Shown here: positions 1 to 14,295 of the stretch, piece by piece | How the letters are laid out: every line of letters begins with the position of its first letter | Position numbering within the stretch: the first letter of the stretch is position 1 | Source: Chrysomallon squamiferum | Taxonomy: Eukaryota > Animalia > Mollusca | DNA length: 64,000 bases | Direction: 5' to 3' | NCBI GenBank assembly: GCA_012295275.1 | Contig: CM022668.1 | Location: 9,486,001-9,550,000 of the forward strand | The notes under the pieces: model-generated | The model's database searches: none | What the model saw: only the letters and a program-made list of their open reading frames with translations | What the model was told of the DNA's origin: nothing | Program-made: the position numbers and the translations under genes

Positions 1-476
1 AGATACGATATCCACTTTCAGGTCGGAGCTTTAGGTGGCCTTAGGCGGCCTTAGGCGGCGGCTCCCAAAACCCTGGCCACAGTTATTATTTTTATTTTTG
101 GCCCGCTCTGCTCGTCGATTATGTGTTTTTGCCTCATTTCAAAAAGAGTCTAGTTGTGGCCATGGCTACGAATATTCATCTTAAATCAACCAGTATATTT
201 CCTCATATCCAAAAATATATATCAACTATACATTATTTAGAACCGTCAATTACCCAGGTATATTTAATGTATAGGAAAACTGAATTATGTAATAATATAA
301 GTAAGTGATATATTTATGTTATGAACACTTTGAACATTTGTATTACTATAAATAGCCAAGTGATCACGTGACTGGTTTCAGCGTTTAAAACAACTTTACG
401 GCTAAAGCAATAGAGAGTAGAATTTTATTTGATTGTTATTACCCTTCGTCGATGTTAGTAAAGTCACGGAATTTAC

Positions 477-519
<43 letters not shown>

Positions 520-761
520 TTTACGCAAATTCTGGATTTAGGGAGGGATTCATTAAAATAATTTAACACTCTGATCCGCTGAGTGCCATTTCCAACAAAC
601 CAAGTTTTCAGTTTTAGTATAAACTGTGCATCTGAGAAAAAAAAAAAAAAAAAAAAATAAATAATAATAATAATAAAAATCTCAATATTTTGATAATTAA
701 TTTCAAAACCATATGAATTTCAATATAAAACAAAACAAACAACAACAACAACAACAACAAC

Positions 762-798
<37 letters not shown>

Positions 799-1399
799 TA
801 ATAATAATAATAATAGTAATAATAATAATAATAGTAATAATAATAATAATAACAACAACAACAATAAACAATTCAATTTTTTTTATTTTATAAAATGCTT
901 TAAAAAAACTAACTAAATAAATAAATAAAAGGATACTTATAGAACGGCAGGTATGCAATTATTTCGCTTTGGCATTGTGATGAAAGAGCTCCATTATTAA
1001 AAAAAAAAAAATTATAAATAAAAGACAAATAATAAAAAGAAAAAAAAAAGAACAAAGGAAATAAACCAGAGACTCGTTGTTTGTGTCACTCTGTGTTCTC
1101 TCCATGTTTGTGACAAAATAAAACTGAACTGGCTGAAAATAAAAATCTCCCCCCCAGTTTCTTTTTCTTTTTTTTCAATTATCATTATTTTTACAAAACA
1201 AAATGTAGTACAAACTATAAATATGTTCTATACATTCCTCCAAATTTTCTGTAAAAACAAAAACTATAAATATGTTCTATACATTCCTATGAAATGTGTA
1301 TGGTAAAAGACATACAACAATACATAATGGCAAACATAAAATAGAAAAGTAAATAAAATCTTAGCATATGTGCATTTTCTATCCCTAAATAGTTATGAC

Positions 1400-2545
1400 G
1401 TATTTACATTTTATAGAAATAATTTTGTCCAGATATTCCACTTTTCTTCATATTTAATTGTTCCGATATTTATCTTACAAATATATTTATCTGTATAATA
1501 ATACATTTTCAGATTATTTTGGAATTAGTTAAAATTAGTTGTTGGTGTTTTCACTTTGATTTATAAACGTACTGCTTGCCTATTGATTTGGGTTGTTTGA
1601 AATAAACACACTTTTGTTATATCAATGGTTTCCAAATGTCTGAACACGTTTAACTATCTTGTCCCTTCTATAAACGTAACTTCACATTTTTCCATTGTAA
1701 ACTGAAATGATGGTTTTATATTTGACTTTGTATGCAAACATATTTTTTCCAAAAAATTCACTTTATGCTTATCTTATAATAAACACATTTTTATCTTTAA
1801 TATGTCTTGTCCCTTGTAACTCACATTTTTTTTCTAGAAAGTTTGACAAAACTTTTTCCAAAAGGGATTTTATCAGCGATTTTGCTTTGCTATGCGCTGA
1901 CGTCAAAACTAATTTTACTGAAGCTCTAGATTGTAAACAATTACTCAAAAGTAAGGCAATGTCTTGCTTCAAATACATACTTTTTTCCACGATGTCTTTA
2001 ATGCATTACAAAATAACGTAGCATTTACTGCTGTTAAAGCACAATTTTGATTATCCTGAATTCATGTTTTCTTAGCTATTTTATCGGGCTTTATATTCGA
2101 AATGAACTGAAAGAAATAGGTTTCTAATTTTTTAAAGAACGAATCTGTTGGTTTGGCAGTGAAGATGAAATTTAAACAACTTTCGATAAAACTAAACTTT
2201 TGATTGCTGTAATTTTTCTTAGAATAGACAAAGAACGTTTTCACCATTGTTCAGGCACCCATTTAACCTCATTCAACTTCTCATTGTAGTTTAATACTTG
2301 TATTTGATACAGATCCGTGGAAAACCGTATCCCAAGTATTGCATATTCTGCAGTCCATTTTAATTTATGTTTTGAACACATTTTTCGTTGATCATTACGG
2401 TCTTTCCCTAATTTGACTATATTAGTTTTATCTGTATTAACTTTAAGACCAGATAGACTGGTAAAATGTTCTGTTTTCGTAGATGCGGTAAGAGTTTTCT
2501 GACATCAGTCTAACAGCAGTATTGTTCGTCTGCAAACGGTGAAAT
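1400..2545 (-). mobile_element. Decayed 5'-truncated non-LTR retrotransposon (L1/Tx1-like ORF2 3' half)
   Basis: Broken minus-strand translation gives FADE (degenerate FADD), FTSLSGLKVNTDKT, ILGIRFS, W*KRSLSILRKITAIKSLVLSK, FFKKLETYFFQFI, KPDKIAKK, IGKQYVYKSK, in the order typical of the L1/Tx1-clade RT C-terminus; several stops and frameshifts; ends approximate. Confidence 0.72.
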
Positions 2546-2710
2546 TTTAATCTATGAATTTCATTATAAAATAAAATAAAAATGTAATGTATTATAATGA
2601 AATAAAGAAAGTAAAACTAAGGAAAAGAATATCAGGTATGAAATTTTTTCGAATTGTCATTATGAAAGTGCTACATCTTATCAAAAAAAAAAAAAAAATA
2701 TATAAATAAC

Positions 2711-2776
<66 letters not shown>

Positions 2777-3361
2777 AATAAATAAATAAAAAAAAAAAAA
2801 AAAAAAAAAAAAAATCGAGAGAAAGGAAAGGAAAGAAAAAGAAAGAAAAAGATAGAAAAAGAACACGAACAAAGGAAAAATATTGGAGACTCGTTGTGTG
2901 TGTTTGTGTCATCGTCAATATCCGCGAAAGGGATCTACATTTTTACGACATATACTGATATAGGAACAAACAAACGACAACGAAAGAACAGACGTATCCT
3001 TTGTCCTAGCCCGTTTTTTGTTCGCGTTATTTTTCCCCATGACATTTCACTTCCTGTAACTTTATCCTTAAATTACTCCATCTTCAGACGCACCACCCGT
3101 GGCGAACTAAACCCGTATCACTCGGCGTCTTTGTGTTAGAAAAAAGTACATTTGCGAATAAGCCAAGCACAGAGTCAGTGAAGCAGATGATGGATTTATA
3201 TTTAAAACGACAGCCACGTCGTTGACAGACGCGTGGGAGTTTATCTTTAGATGAGAGGTCAGTGCACCCATCGCCCTGCTGCTACCCACGGAGAACGAAG
3301 TTTACAGACTGATGTTTGAACGTGCACATAAAAGTAAATTAGGAAAGACACACACACACAC

Positions 3362-3404
<43 letters not shown>

Positions 3405-4601
3405 AATCTCTCCAAAATAAAACATCTAAAAACAATAAATTAATTAATTAATGGATTAAAAAAAAAAAAAAAAAAAAAAAGAATTTCACAAATTATACAT
3501 ACACACACACACATGAAAATGATGATAATTAATATTATATCAGTGTAAAATAGTCAAATTGTAGTTAACATATTTCACATCTGCTTACAGATAATTGAAT
3601 TTCAGGTATGAAAGTATTTCGCTGTGTCATCCCTGTGAAGGACGTGTTATGACGTAAAACGCCATAATCGCATTCACATAAACTGCCCGATGCGATTTGC
3701 TCTGAGGATTTCTGTGAATTTCTTGTCGTAGGTGACTGGGTGGAGTGTATGCAGAGGGCAAGGGGGTGTCAAACAGATCGGTGGGAGTACAACAGACCAC
3801 CTGGTTTAACTAGACAGAAGTAAATAATCAACTGATTTAAAAAGTGAAAATCAGTGAAAGCTACATGACTAGCTGAAATGAATGAATGAGCCGATAGTGT
3901 CACTACTACTACTAGTCCAGATTATACTACTACCACTACTACTACTTCAACTACTACTACTACTTCTGCTGCCACTACTAATAATATACGTCCCGCACCT
4001 ATTTTAATTACACAGAAATATAATTGTTTTGAGACCTCATTCCATTTTGTTTTAGTAAGGAATGACGTCACGCAGTACAATAACGATTACGTCACATCGC
4101 AAGTCGTCATTCTATTGTGTCAAATTCCGTGTGCATCTTGGTATGTTTTATATTATATAATAATAATAATTATTATTATTAGTAGTAGTAGTAGTATTAG
4201 CAGCAGTAGCAGCTGCAGTAGTAATAGTTGTAGCATTAGTACTAGTTGTAGAAACAACATTTCTCGCGATCTTTCTTTTTTAAATAAAAACGATCTTCTT
4301 CGCGATTTTCCACAAACTGTAAAATCGGAACCTTTTTCTTTTTTCCTGTGGACCTGCTAACTCAGTTATTGTTGTAGCTATTTTCGAAAGCGGTATTCAA
4401 TTTTTATCTTCTTTTACATCAAATATGCGATATAAAAATCAGTATTAATCATTATTATTAGTTTAACCTTTACCGAGAAACTGGATCGATATTATTGCTC
4501 ATTTTTGTTGGTGGGTTTTGAAACATCTTCCAGTGAAAGTTAAGTTCATCTAACACTACAGCTAGGAGATACCTGCAAACCGATAAAGAGTATGAAAATA
4601 A

Positions 4602-4673
<72 letters not shown>

Positions 4674-5431
4674 TTGTAATATTAACAAATTATTTCACGT
4701 TATTAAATCATCAAAACCGATTACTTACTGAAATGAAAAAAAAATATAAATAAATAATTAAATAAAATGTTAAAATCCGATCTGAAGCTGGTATTTTCCG
4801 GCAACGAAGAAAAATTGTTCCGCTACAAAAATCGGCGGGAATGCACTGGTGTTACTTTCCCTCGAGACAGTGTTGTCGTCTGTGAAAGTTCATCTAAACG
4901 AACCTCGATGTGTTACGATTGTCCGAAGTAACAGTAATCAGACTCTGTGATTTTAGACAACACACGTAACTAGGAAGCCCTGACATTTTTAAAAAAATTT
5001 TTTTTTTTTTTTTTTTCCACCAAAATTCTCCTTCTTTCTTTAGTTTTCTTTACTTTTTACCTTCAGCTTCTTTACTGTTGTTGTTGTTGATGATTATGAT
5101 GATGATGATGATGTTCTTTATTTATTTTTTCATTTTCAATCACACTACTGTCTGTAAATTAACGTTGTTACTCTTTGTGGAAAAACAAACGAGAACATTC
5201 TTAGAATACGTAACTACGTGCGTTTCCCTAAACCTCGTTATTTTTTTCTTCAGATTTACGTAAACTCTCTAAGCAGAGCAAAAATGTTGTCTTATATCAA
5301 GCAGTTGATTCGCTAACAAAAAAAAATAATTTTTTATCTTTTTAATATAATTGTTTTTTTTTTTTTTTTTTTTTACCGCTATATTAAGCATGGCGAAAAG
5401 ATGTCAGTAATCTGTTATTGTTGTTGTTGCA

Positions 5432-5476
<45 letters not shown>

Positions 5477-5972
5477 TTATTATTTTTATTATTATTTTGT
5501 TGTTGTTTATTTTTATTTTTTATATTCTGAATATTTCACAAAATAATATCTCAGTATTATGCAATAACAGCAACAAAAACAACATAATAACAACAATAAT
5601 AATGATTTACACTCCTCACAATATCTTTAACGTAAGAGATACTATTTTTTTTTTTTTTTTTCATGTTTAGGTGAATAACCTGACAATGTCAAATTCTTTA
5701 TCTTCGTAAAAATCAAAGCTGTTGTTTCTAGGCAATCCAGAATTTATAACAATGTGGGCAGTCTTTGCACTAGGTATGTAGCTTTCAAGATGAAATAAAA
5801 AATAACAGTAGGAGAGAGTGAGAGAGGTGAATAAAAAGTGTAAGGAATGTTTTTTTATACAAGGCTATTTTTTGTACATATTTGTTTACATACAAGTATG
5901 TATGTATGAATGAATGAATGTATATATTTGCATGTAGATATATCTGGGTTAATGTATATAAATGTGTGTAAT

Positions 5973-6020
<48 letters not shown>

Positions 6021-6119
6021 TGTATGTATGTATGTATGTGTTTGTATATGCATGTACTAAAGTATGTATGAAATGTGCATATGTTTGTGAATGTATGTAT
6101 CTCTGTGGTTATGTTTATA

Positions 6120-6155
<36 letters not shown>

Positions 6156-6956
6156 CATGCATACACACACAAACATGTTTGCTTATTTGTATGTGTGCAC
6201 ATGCATGAGCACTTACATATAGATACACATGTGTATGTTCATTTGTGTACTGCACAACAAAACATGGATCAAATACTTAACTATCCAGTTAGTTTCATTG
6301 TAAGTAAAAACAACTACAAAGTGGAGGAGAATAAAGGTAGGGGGGGTGTTCCAATAGATCTTCCCTTGATTGTCTCCCCTTTCAACCACTGACTACAGTT
6401 TGCACTTGGCCTGTGTCCAACAGTCTGTTCGTCTGGTGTTTATGTGTAAAATGTTTAAATAAAAGAGTTTATCTTTTCTGACAGATCACAAACCTTTGAC
6501 CTTGCTTTGACTTTAATTTTTAAGCTTTTAAAATAAATACATTGATTAAATTTCTTTTCTTGCTGGCAGATTTTCAAAGATAAATAAATGTTTGTCCTTG
6601 AATGCATTTTGTTGTAAACATGATTGTAATAGCAGTACATTGTTTTTTTAAATTTGTAATTGCATTTTAGCAAAGAGACACGCATGTACAGACAGATTTA
6701 CTGAAACTGGCATTCAGAAACACATTCATATAAATAAACTGACATAACCAGAACAGCTGCATACAAATACAACAGTAATGCTGATGATGAATGATGATGA
6801 TGATGACATAATAATAACTATATTAATAATAGCAACAATATAATAATAACAGTAATAATAATGATAATGCTATTAATAGTAACAATAACATGACAACTAC
6901 TACTGCTACTTCTACTTCTTGTACAACTACTACTACTACTACTACTACTGCTAATA

Positions 6957-7264
6957 CAGGTTGAATATCTCTTACAGCAAATGCTTGGAATCGTAAATGT
7001 TTCTGTTTTCAGAATTTTTTTTGATTTTGGAATGAAAGGATGTAACCAGAGAACACGGTTTACACCTAACCACAAATTTCATTTATATTTAATATACAGC
7101 TTATACCCATTGTCTGCAGGATTTATTATATAATATTTATAAGATATTTTGTTCATGAAATAAAGTCTGTGTATGCTACACCATCCAGAAACTGAAATAT
7201 ATCTCTGTTACAGATTTCAGAACTTCTGGGATTTAAAAATTTTGGACAAAGAATGCTCAGTGTG
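6957..7264 (+). mobile_element. Non-autonomous Tc1/mariner-pogo (Tigger4/Zombi-like) MITE, about 310 bp
   Basis: Starts TA|CAGGTTGAATATCTCTTA...AAATGCTTGG, internal AAATTTCATTTATATTTAATATACAGCTTATAC...TTTTGTTCATGAAATAAAG, degenerate right end AATGCTCAGTGTG; resembles my recollection of Tigger4-family consensus (not aligned). Confidence 0.65.
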
Positions 7265-8277
7265 CAATAGCAATAATAATAAAAATAAAAATAAAAATAA
7301 AAATAAATTAATACTGATTTAACAACATAGACAGACATTTTTAGATATTAACAACAACTGGTTTCAGTTTTTGTTTAATAATATTTGAGAGAAGAAACCC
7401 AATGTTATTACTCAAAGGGGTTACTCTTACTAACTGGTAAGCATAGACCATCTTCTATTAACTAATCTTATGGCATGATTGCAACAGGATAAGAATAACA
7501 AAAGCAGTATTAAAATGAATAATAATTAACAACATTTTATTACAATAAAAATAATGAATAATGAATAAACAAACTGTTTATATGAATAATATGAGCAAGA
7601 AGATATGTAATAAAAATGTAATAAATCTCAATTGTTTTAAGTTATTACAAAATTTCTGAACCTTGTTTACCTATTCCAGATTTAATATTAAATGTTGGTT
7701 AAAAAAAACAAATAAAACTTTCTTTTTGTTTTTCAGGTATAAAGTAATTCTTGAATATTTTATTTTGGTACACAATTTTAAACCTCTTTCTTTCTTTTTC
7801 CCTTTTTTTCCTTTAATTTTTTAATAATTTTTTTTAACAACATAAATTAATTCTCAACTCTTTCATCCTTTTTCAGTTTTCATCTATCATGTAATTCTCC
7901 AAGAATGTTTTATTTTGATACTAAATTATAAGAATCCTTTATTTATTTTTATTTTTTATTTTTTTAAAGTATGTTCTGATAACAAATTTGTTGCATTGTC
8001 TTCTTATCACAGACATAGAAACTTTTTAAAAATCTCCATGGATTGGTTTTACATACACAAATATATTAAAAACACTTGAACTGTCTGGTGATCAAGTCCC
8101 TACAAAAAAAAAAAGAAAAAATATTTCAAAATTTGAAGAAATAATAGTTATTAACTAAAATTTCTCTTAAAATAAATAAATATATAAATCCAAAAGTAAA
8201 TAAATAAATAAATAAAACAAAAGCATCTAAAAAGAATAAAATAAATATCTAATTAATTTACTTACTTAAAAAAAAGG

Positions 8278-8334
<57 letters not shown>

Positions 8335-8384
8335 ATTTAAGAAAAAGAGGCCAATTGATAAAAATAAAATTACAGGTTGACAGA

Positions 8385-8830
8385 AGTGAGGGAAGTAGAG
8401 TCCACAGATGAAAAAGGAGATGATGAAAATGGGAAGTGTTGATACAAAAAATGAAAACTGATGGTAATGAAATTAGAACTCTTGATAGGAATGATATAGG
8501 GAGAGTTCAGAAATGAAAGATGAAGAGTTGACGGAATTGGGGACTGTTGATACAAATAAAATATGAAGAACTGAAGGTACTGAAATCAGAAGTGTTGATG
8601 GAAATGAAATACACAGAGTTGATGAAAATGGTGGAGTATTGATGGAAATGGGGAGCTGATGAAAAAAGTATTAAGAGTTAATTAAAATGGGGACTGTTGA
8701 CACAAACAACATTTAATGAAAACGATGTTTAAGAAGTTGATATATATGAAGATTTGATGAAAATGATATTGAGAGTTGATGGAAAATGAGAAACATTGAT
8801 AGTAATGAAATGGGTGAAAGTTGACAGAAA
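8385..8830. repeat. Old degenerate purine-rich minisatellite (core GAGTTGATGGAAATG)
   Basis: Recurrent gttgat/gttgac + gaaaat/ggaaat motif about every 20-25 bp. Confidence 0.55.
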
Positions 8831-9493
8831 TAAAAGTAGTATAAAAAAACATCAAAACAATTATTAAAAAAAATAAAAATAAAAATAAAAATAAAAAGAA
8901 GGGGGGTAAAATAGGAATATAAAAACACAAAATTAAACTTAAGAAGTAAATATAAAGAAATCCAAATTAAAAATTAAATAATTAACTAACTAATTAAACA
9001 AATAATAAAATAACTAAGTAACTTAGTAGCTAACTAACTAACTAAATAATAATTGAAAAAACTATCTAAATAAAAAAATAAAAAATAGAGCAAATCAAAA
9101 TTTAAAAAATGAATTAAATAAATGTTGAAATTTTATAAAATCAGAAATAAAAAATAAATGTTTTATTTTTTCTTAGCTCTCTTTCTAGTAATTAAAATTA
9201 TTTATTAAGAAATTTAAGTTAAACATACCTTTCAAAGTTAATTGCAAATAATCTTATGTCATTAGTGGGTACAAATCATCTCATGTATTTGTGTGGAAAA
9301 ATGTCTGATTAAAAACAAAAAAGTTAAGAGAGAAGATTTAATTTCAAACAAATCTGTTATTTGATTAAAGCAAAGCAGAAATAGCAGTTTATTAGTAGAA
9401 GCACTGGTCTAAAAGCAGTGATGATGTTTCTGTACATGCATATAATGATATATAGCAGAATAAATAAATACAATTATACAGTTACAAATATTA

Positions 9494-9545
<52 letters not shown>

Positions 9546-10644
9546 TAATAAAATATTAATAATAATTAAATAATAATAAATAATAATGATAATGAAAATA
9601 ATAAACAATAAAATAATAAAATATAAAATAATAGTAATAATAATATTATTATTATTAATATATATGAATTTTTTTTTACAACAAAAAATTATTAAGAATT
9701 TGTGACATTAAGAAACATAATACAATAATGGAATATAACAAACCATAAAAAAAAAAAAGATGCAGGATGTAAAGTTAAATAATAATAAGAAAAAGAAGAC
9801 GAAGAAGAAAACTAAATACATATGTAAATATTAAATTTAAAATAAAAAATTTAAAATAAAAAATTTAAAATAAATAAATTTAAAATAAATAAAGAATAAG
9901 TTTAAAATAAATATAGAATAACAAATTTAAAATAAATATAGAATAACAAATTTAAAATAAAAAAGTTTAAAAAAAAAAATTTAAAAAAAAAATTTAAAAT
10001 AAATTTAAAATTGTAATTATAATGTAAATAATTTTTACCTTATTATGTCACCGTGTACATCATGTCTTGTGTCTGTGAGTTTGTCTGAGAACTTTCAAGC
10101 TATCACACACACACACACACACACACACACTGTATATATAAAATAGAGTGTGTTATTCTTTCTCTCACTGCTTTATTTAACCTTTTCCTTATCTCAACCA
10201 GTGCTCCACAACTGATTAATAAAAAAGCAGTTACATGTTATGTGCTGTTTATAAGTAGGTGCCTGCCTGTACAAATATCTTGCTGTGTACTGAAAACAGT
10301 ATCCCATGGTCTAGTAATGGGTTTCTTCTTTAATATCTTTATTACATAAAAGTATATTTACAAGTGAATAATGGATGTTATTCGATGATTAAATTCTTCC
10401 ATTACATACTGAATGGATGAGGAAAATTTTCTGTTAAACTAGTAAATTCTTCCATTTAGTTGAGCTAAATAACTCCCTCTTAAATGTAAATCCCCTCAGT
10501 CTTTTAGGAATTTGTAACCTGAAATAAATACTTAAAATTATGGCCTCAAATAATGAGAAATGTTTTTCTATTAAATGAGTAAATTATTACATCATGTTGA
10601 GTCAAATATCCCTTCAATGAGTAAGTTTTCATCAAAACGTGTGT

Positions 10645-10780
10645 AAATTATTCCCTAACATAAATAAGTACTGATTCCCCCGTCAGTTATTCCCCATTAA
10701 ATTATTCCCAACATAAACAAGTACTGATTCCCCTGTCAGTTATTCCCCATTAAATTATTCCCAACATAAACAAATACTGA
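10645..10780. repeat. About 45-bp tandem repeat, about 3 copies
   Basis: aaattattcccaacataaacaagtactgattcccc-gtcagttattccccatt repeated. Confidence 0.75.
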
Positions 10781-11288
10781 ATGACCCTTCATTATTCCTG
10801 TACAAAGACAAAACACCCAATCATTTATTAATAAGAGAACAAAAGAAAATAAATAAACAAATCTAATGTTATTTCTGTATGAATTTTTAATTAAATTTTA
10901 ACAGGTACATGAATATTTCACTACAAACAGCAGCAGGGGGAAAAAAAAAAAAAAAAAAAAAATTAAGAATCAAAATAACAGAAATAAAAGAGAAATTTGA
11001 CTATACTGGGTTTAAACAGGTGGAGGTACATAATGTATGTCATGTTATATAAATGTCATATATATTCACATATAAAAATGTTTATTAGAAAACACAGAAC
11101 ATACATTTAAAGCACTTCTAGTTTCATAGACAAGCTTTGCACTAGTTGCAAAAATAGTTGTACCCAAATACATTTTTTTGTCTTTTAATTAGCCAAAATA
11201 AATTCTCTGTATGAAAATTTAAGAATTTTGTGCTTTCTTTCTTTAATATCAAATTTCTGTTAGTCTAATAAAAAAATATATAAAAATA

Positions 11289-11342
<54 letters not shown>

Positions 11343-13023
11343 AAATAAAATAAAAAAATAAATAAAAAAAATAAAATTAAAAATAAATTTTTGTTACTGT
11401 TCCATTGCAAATGCATACAAAAAGAAAATAATAATCAAAATTTCTTCCCAGACTTACTGAGATGGCCAAACAAAGATAATTTAGTAGATTTGATAAAAAT
11501 TTAGAAAAATAAAATAAATATAAACTGTGTGTGTGTGTGTATATATTTATTCTTTTTATCTGTGCATATTTGTAAATTTAAAACTATGTTAATATCTGTA
11601 TATAAGAAAACAAAAATAACAATTGTGGATGAGACAAAAATTGAGATTCTGTGTATAAAATGCAAAAATAATAATGTACTATTTGTGAATACAATGATTG
11701 AAAAAAAAAATAACCTCATTATTTTTTTAATTATAATTCGATTAGTATCTCTGAATATTAAATAATAATAATAATTAGTAGTAGTAATAATAATAATAAT
11801 AATGAATATTATAATGATAATAATAATAATAATAATGACAATGACAATAATAATAATAATAATATTAATAATACAATAATAATAATAATAATACAATATA
11901 GTAATAATAAAAAAAACATCCAATTTCAAAAATAATAATAGCAACAAGACAAAATTAAAATTATGATAAACAACAGTGTCATTTACAATTATTTTCTTTA
12001 TCTGTTTTAAATTTAGTGTTTCTGAGTAATAGTTTTAATTATTAGTGATCTGTATTACTGTATACATTTTGATATATCAAGAATCAACCTGAGCACACAA
12101 GAAACACATTTTTAAAAATAAAACATATACTGATATTAAAACATAAAACAGAAGTCATGATTTATGTATTAAGGTTTTGGAAACAAAAGAAACAAAGTTT
12201 TAAAGAATGTTTTCCCATCCATGAAAAAAAAAAAAAAAAAAAAAAAGTGTGTGAAAATAAAAAAGGCTAAACATAGCAGTTGAATATATTTTTATATACA
12301 TTTAACAGTTTTTTGAACTGTTGAATAATAATTTCAGTAATGTAGCTACAGATATAATATACTTAGAGACAAATATATATTCCAGGTCTTGAGTTACTGG
12401 ATTTGTGATATGTGAATTACCGCTCATTATCAACTGTATTTCGTAAGCCTGCAGAAACACTAGATATGTTCAATTTTAAAAATCTTTAAACTAATTGAAA
12501 AAAAAAAAAAAAAAAAAAAAATTAAAAAATGGCTATACAAAGTTAATTGTTTATTTGAAAACTAGCTACTTCTACACAAACTACTATTTAACTGTCTAAA
12601 ACTGAGTGAGTATTAGTAAACTGTCAGCAAACAGATAAAATACTTCTTTGTCCAAACACTACATTAATAAAATGAAAAACTTGCAAACTTCAATCCATGT
12701 TTCAACATAGGCTAGCACTGAAAAGGGGCACCTAACAATTCAGTCTATAGTGGATTTTTATACAGGACGTATTTAATTTGCCAGTCACTGTAAGCACTAT
12801 TTTATTGTATACGTAATTGTCAAACAATTATAATATTTTGATTACATCAAAATAAACCCTGTCATTTTTCAAATTTTGTTTAAAGATATTCTTGTTTTTT
12901 GGTAATAATAGTATTTATACTTTATTCAGTACACGTATATGTATTTGTGTGTGAATTTTATGTGTGAATGTTTATATGTATGTATATATAAATGTTATAT
13001 ATGTATATATATGTGTATGTATG

Positions 13024-13057
<34 letters not shown>

Positions 13058-13593
13058 TGTCTATGTATGAGTATATATGTCTATGTAGATATGTTTGTCA
13101 GTATGTTCATAAAAGATAACTCAATAACTGAACATCATTTCTAAAACTAACAAATTACAAATTCCTTTATGTTTTAATAAAAACTATAATATAATTAATA
13201 TTTTTCCATTATCATTATTAGCATGTTTACTTATTTAGCATCAGTGACATTTATTTAAAAATAAACAAAATAAGACAGTTGATTAGGACAAAGATGAACA
13301 AATGCAGTGAGTTACTTGATAAATCAAAACATCACAGTAGGTTTAACATGGGCACATACAACTTGGTTGTAAGGAAAAGGTAATAAAATGCATTATCACA
13401 AATGGAAAAACAGGAAGTTTACAAAATACTCACACAAATAGCAAAACAAATATAACAAAATGTTTACAAAAGTAATGAATGGAAAAAAAAATGTAATAAT
13501 AGTATTTACTAAAATAATAATAATATTAATAATAATTAATAATAATAATAATAATAAAATAAAAATAATAATACCAATAGTAGTGGTATTATT

Positions 13594-13670
<77 letters not shown>

Positions 13671-14181
13671 TAAATAAAAAAATAAAATAAATAAATGATA
13701 AAAATGATTTAAAAAATCCAAAGCAAATAATGAGTATCGGAAGACAATTACAAAATAACAGAAACAACAACAACAAACAGAAATACCCAACAAAATACTA
13801 AATAATACAAAAAACACAAATAAAAATGAAGACAGATAAACAAAAAGGTTAGAAAAAAAAATACAAATGTAAAAAAAAAACAGCAACCCTCTGCACACAT
13901 CACCAGAGACAGGTTCTAACAATTCAGAACTCACCAAAGCAAAATACACCGTACACTATTAATTTGTGAGTTTGTTTTCTTTTCTCTTTTTTATCTTCTT
14001 GTTCTTTTCACTGTTTTTGTGATGTTATTCATTTGCCACAAAACCCATTATTAAGTCAGTAAAATGCCTCAAATCTATGACAAGCATTAAATGCAGTGCT
14101 TTCTAGAAATGCAAAAGAAAATGTGAGATTTTTGTTTTACGAAACCAGAAAAAAAAAAGATGAGAAAGCTGTTGAAAAGTT

Positions 14182-14295
14182 TCACACACCACCACCGCTA
14201 CGCTCGACCGAGATTCGTTCTGCACGGGCGCTCAGCTGTGCAGCCATAGCTAGCCTGGAGTTCGAGACAACCCCACTCTTCAAAGCACTCATTAA
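14182..14295 (-). CDS. GPD2: GPD2 terminal coding exon 16
   Basis: ttttcacag|[40 protein letters not shown]. Confidence 0.94.
   Translation of the reverse strand, partial: LMSALKSGVVSNSRLAMAAQLSARAERISVERSGGGV

Noticed and set aside
20-120. ccttaggcgg repeats ending in CCCTG, possibly a hAT/MITE terminus
   Set aside because: At the window edge; no partner TIR or target-site duplication visible.
3088-3225. Possible plus-strand terminal exon (THHPWRTKPVSLGV...KRQPRR*) after ttcag
   Set aside because: No recognisable homology and no supported upstream exon in the window.
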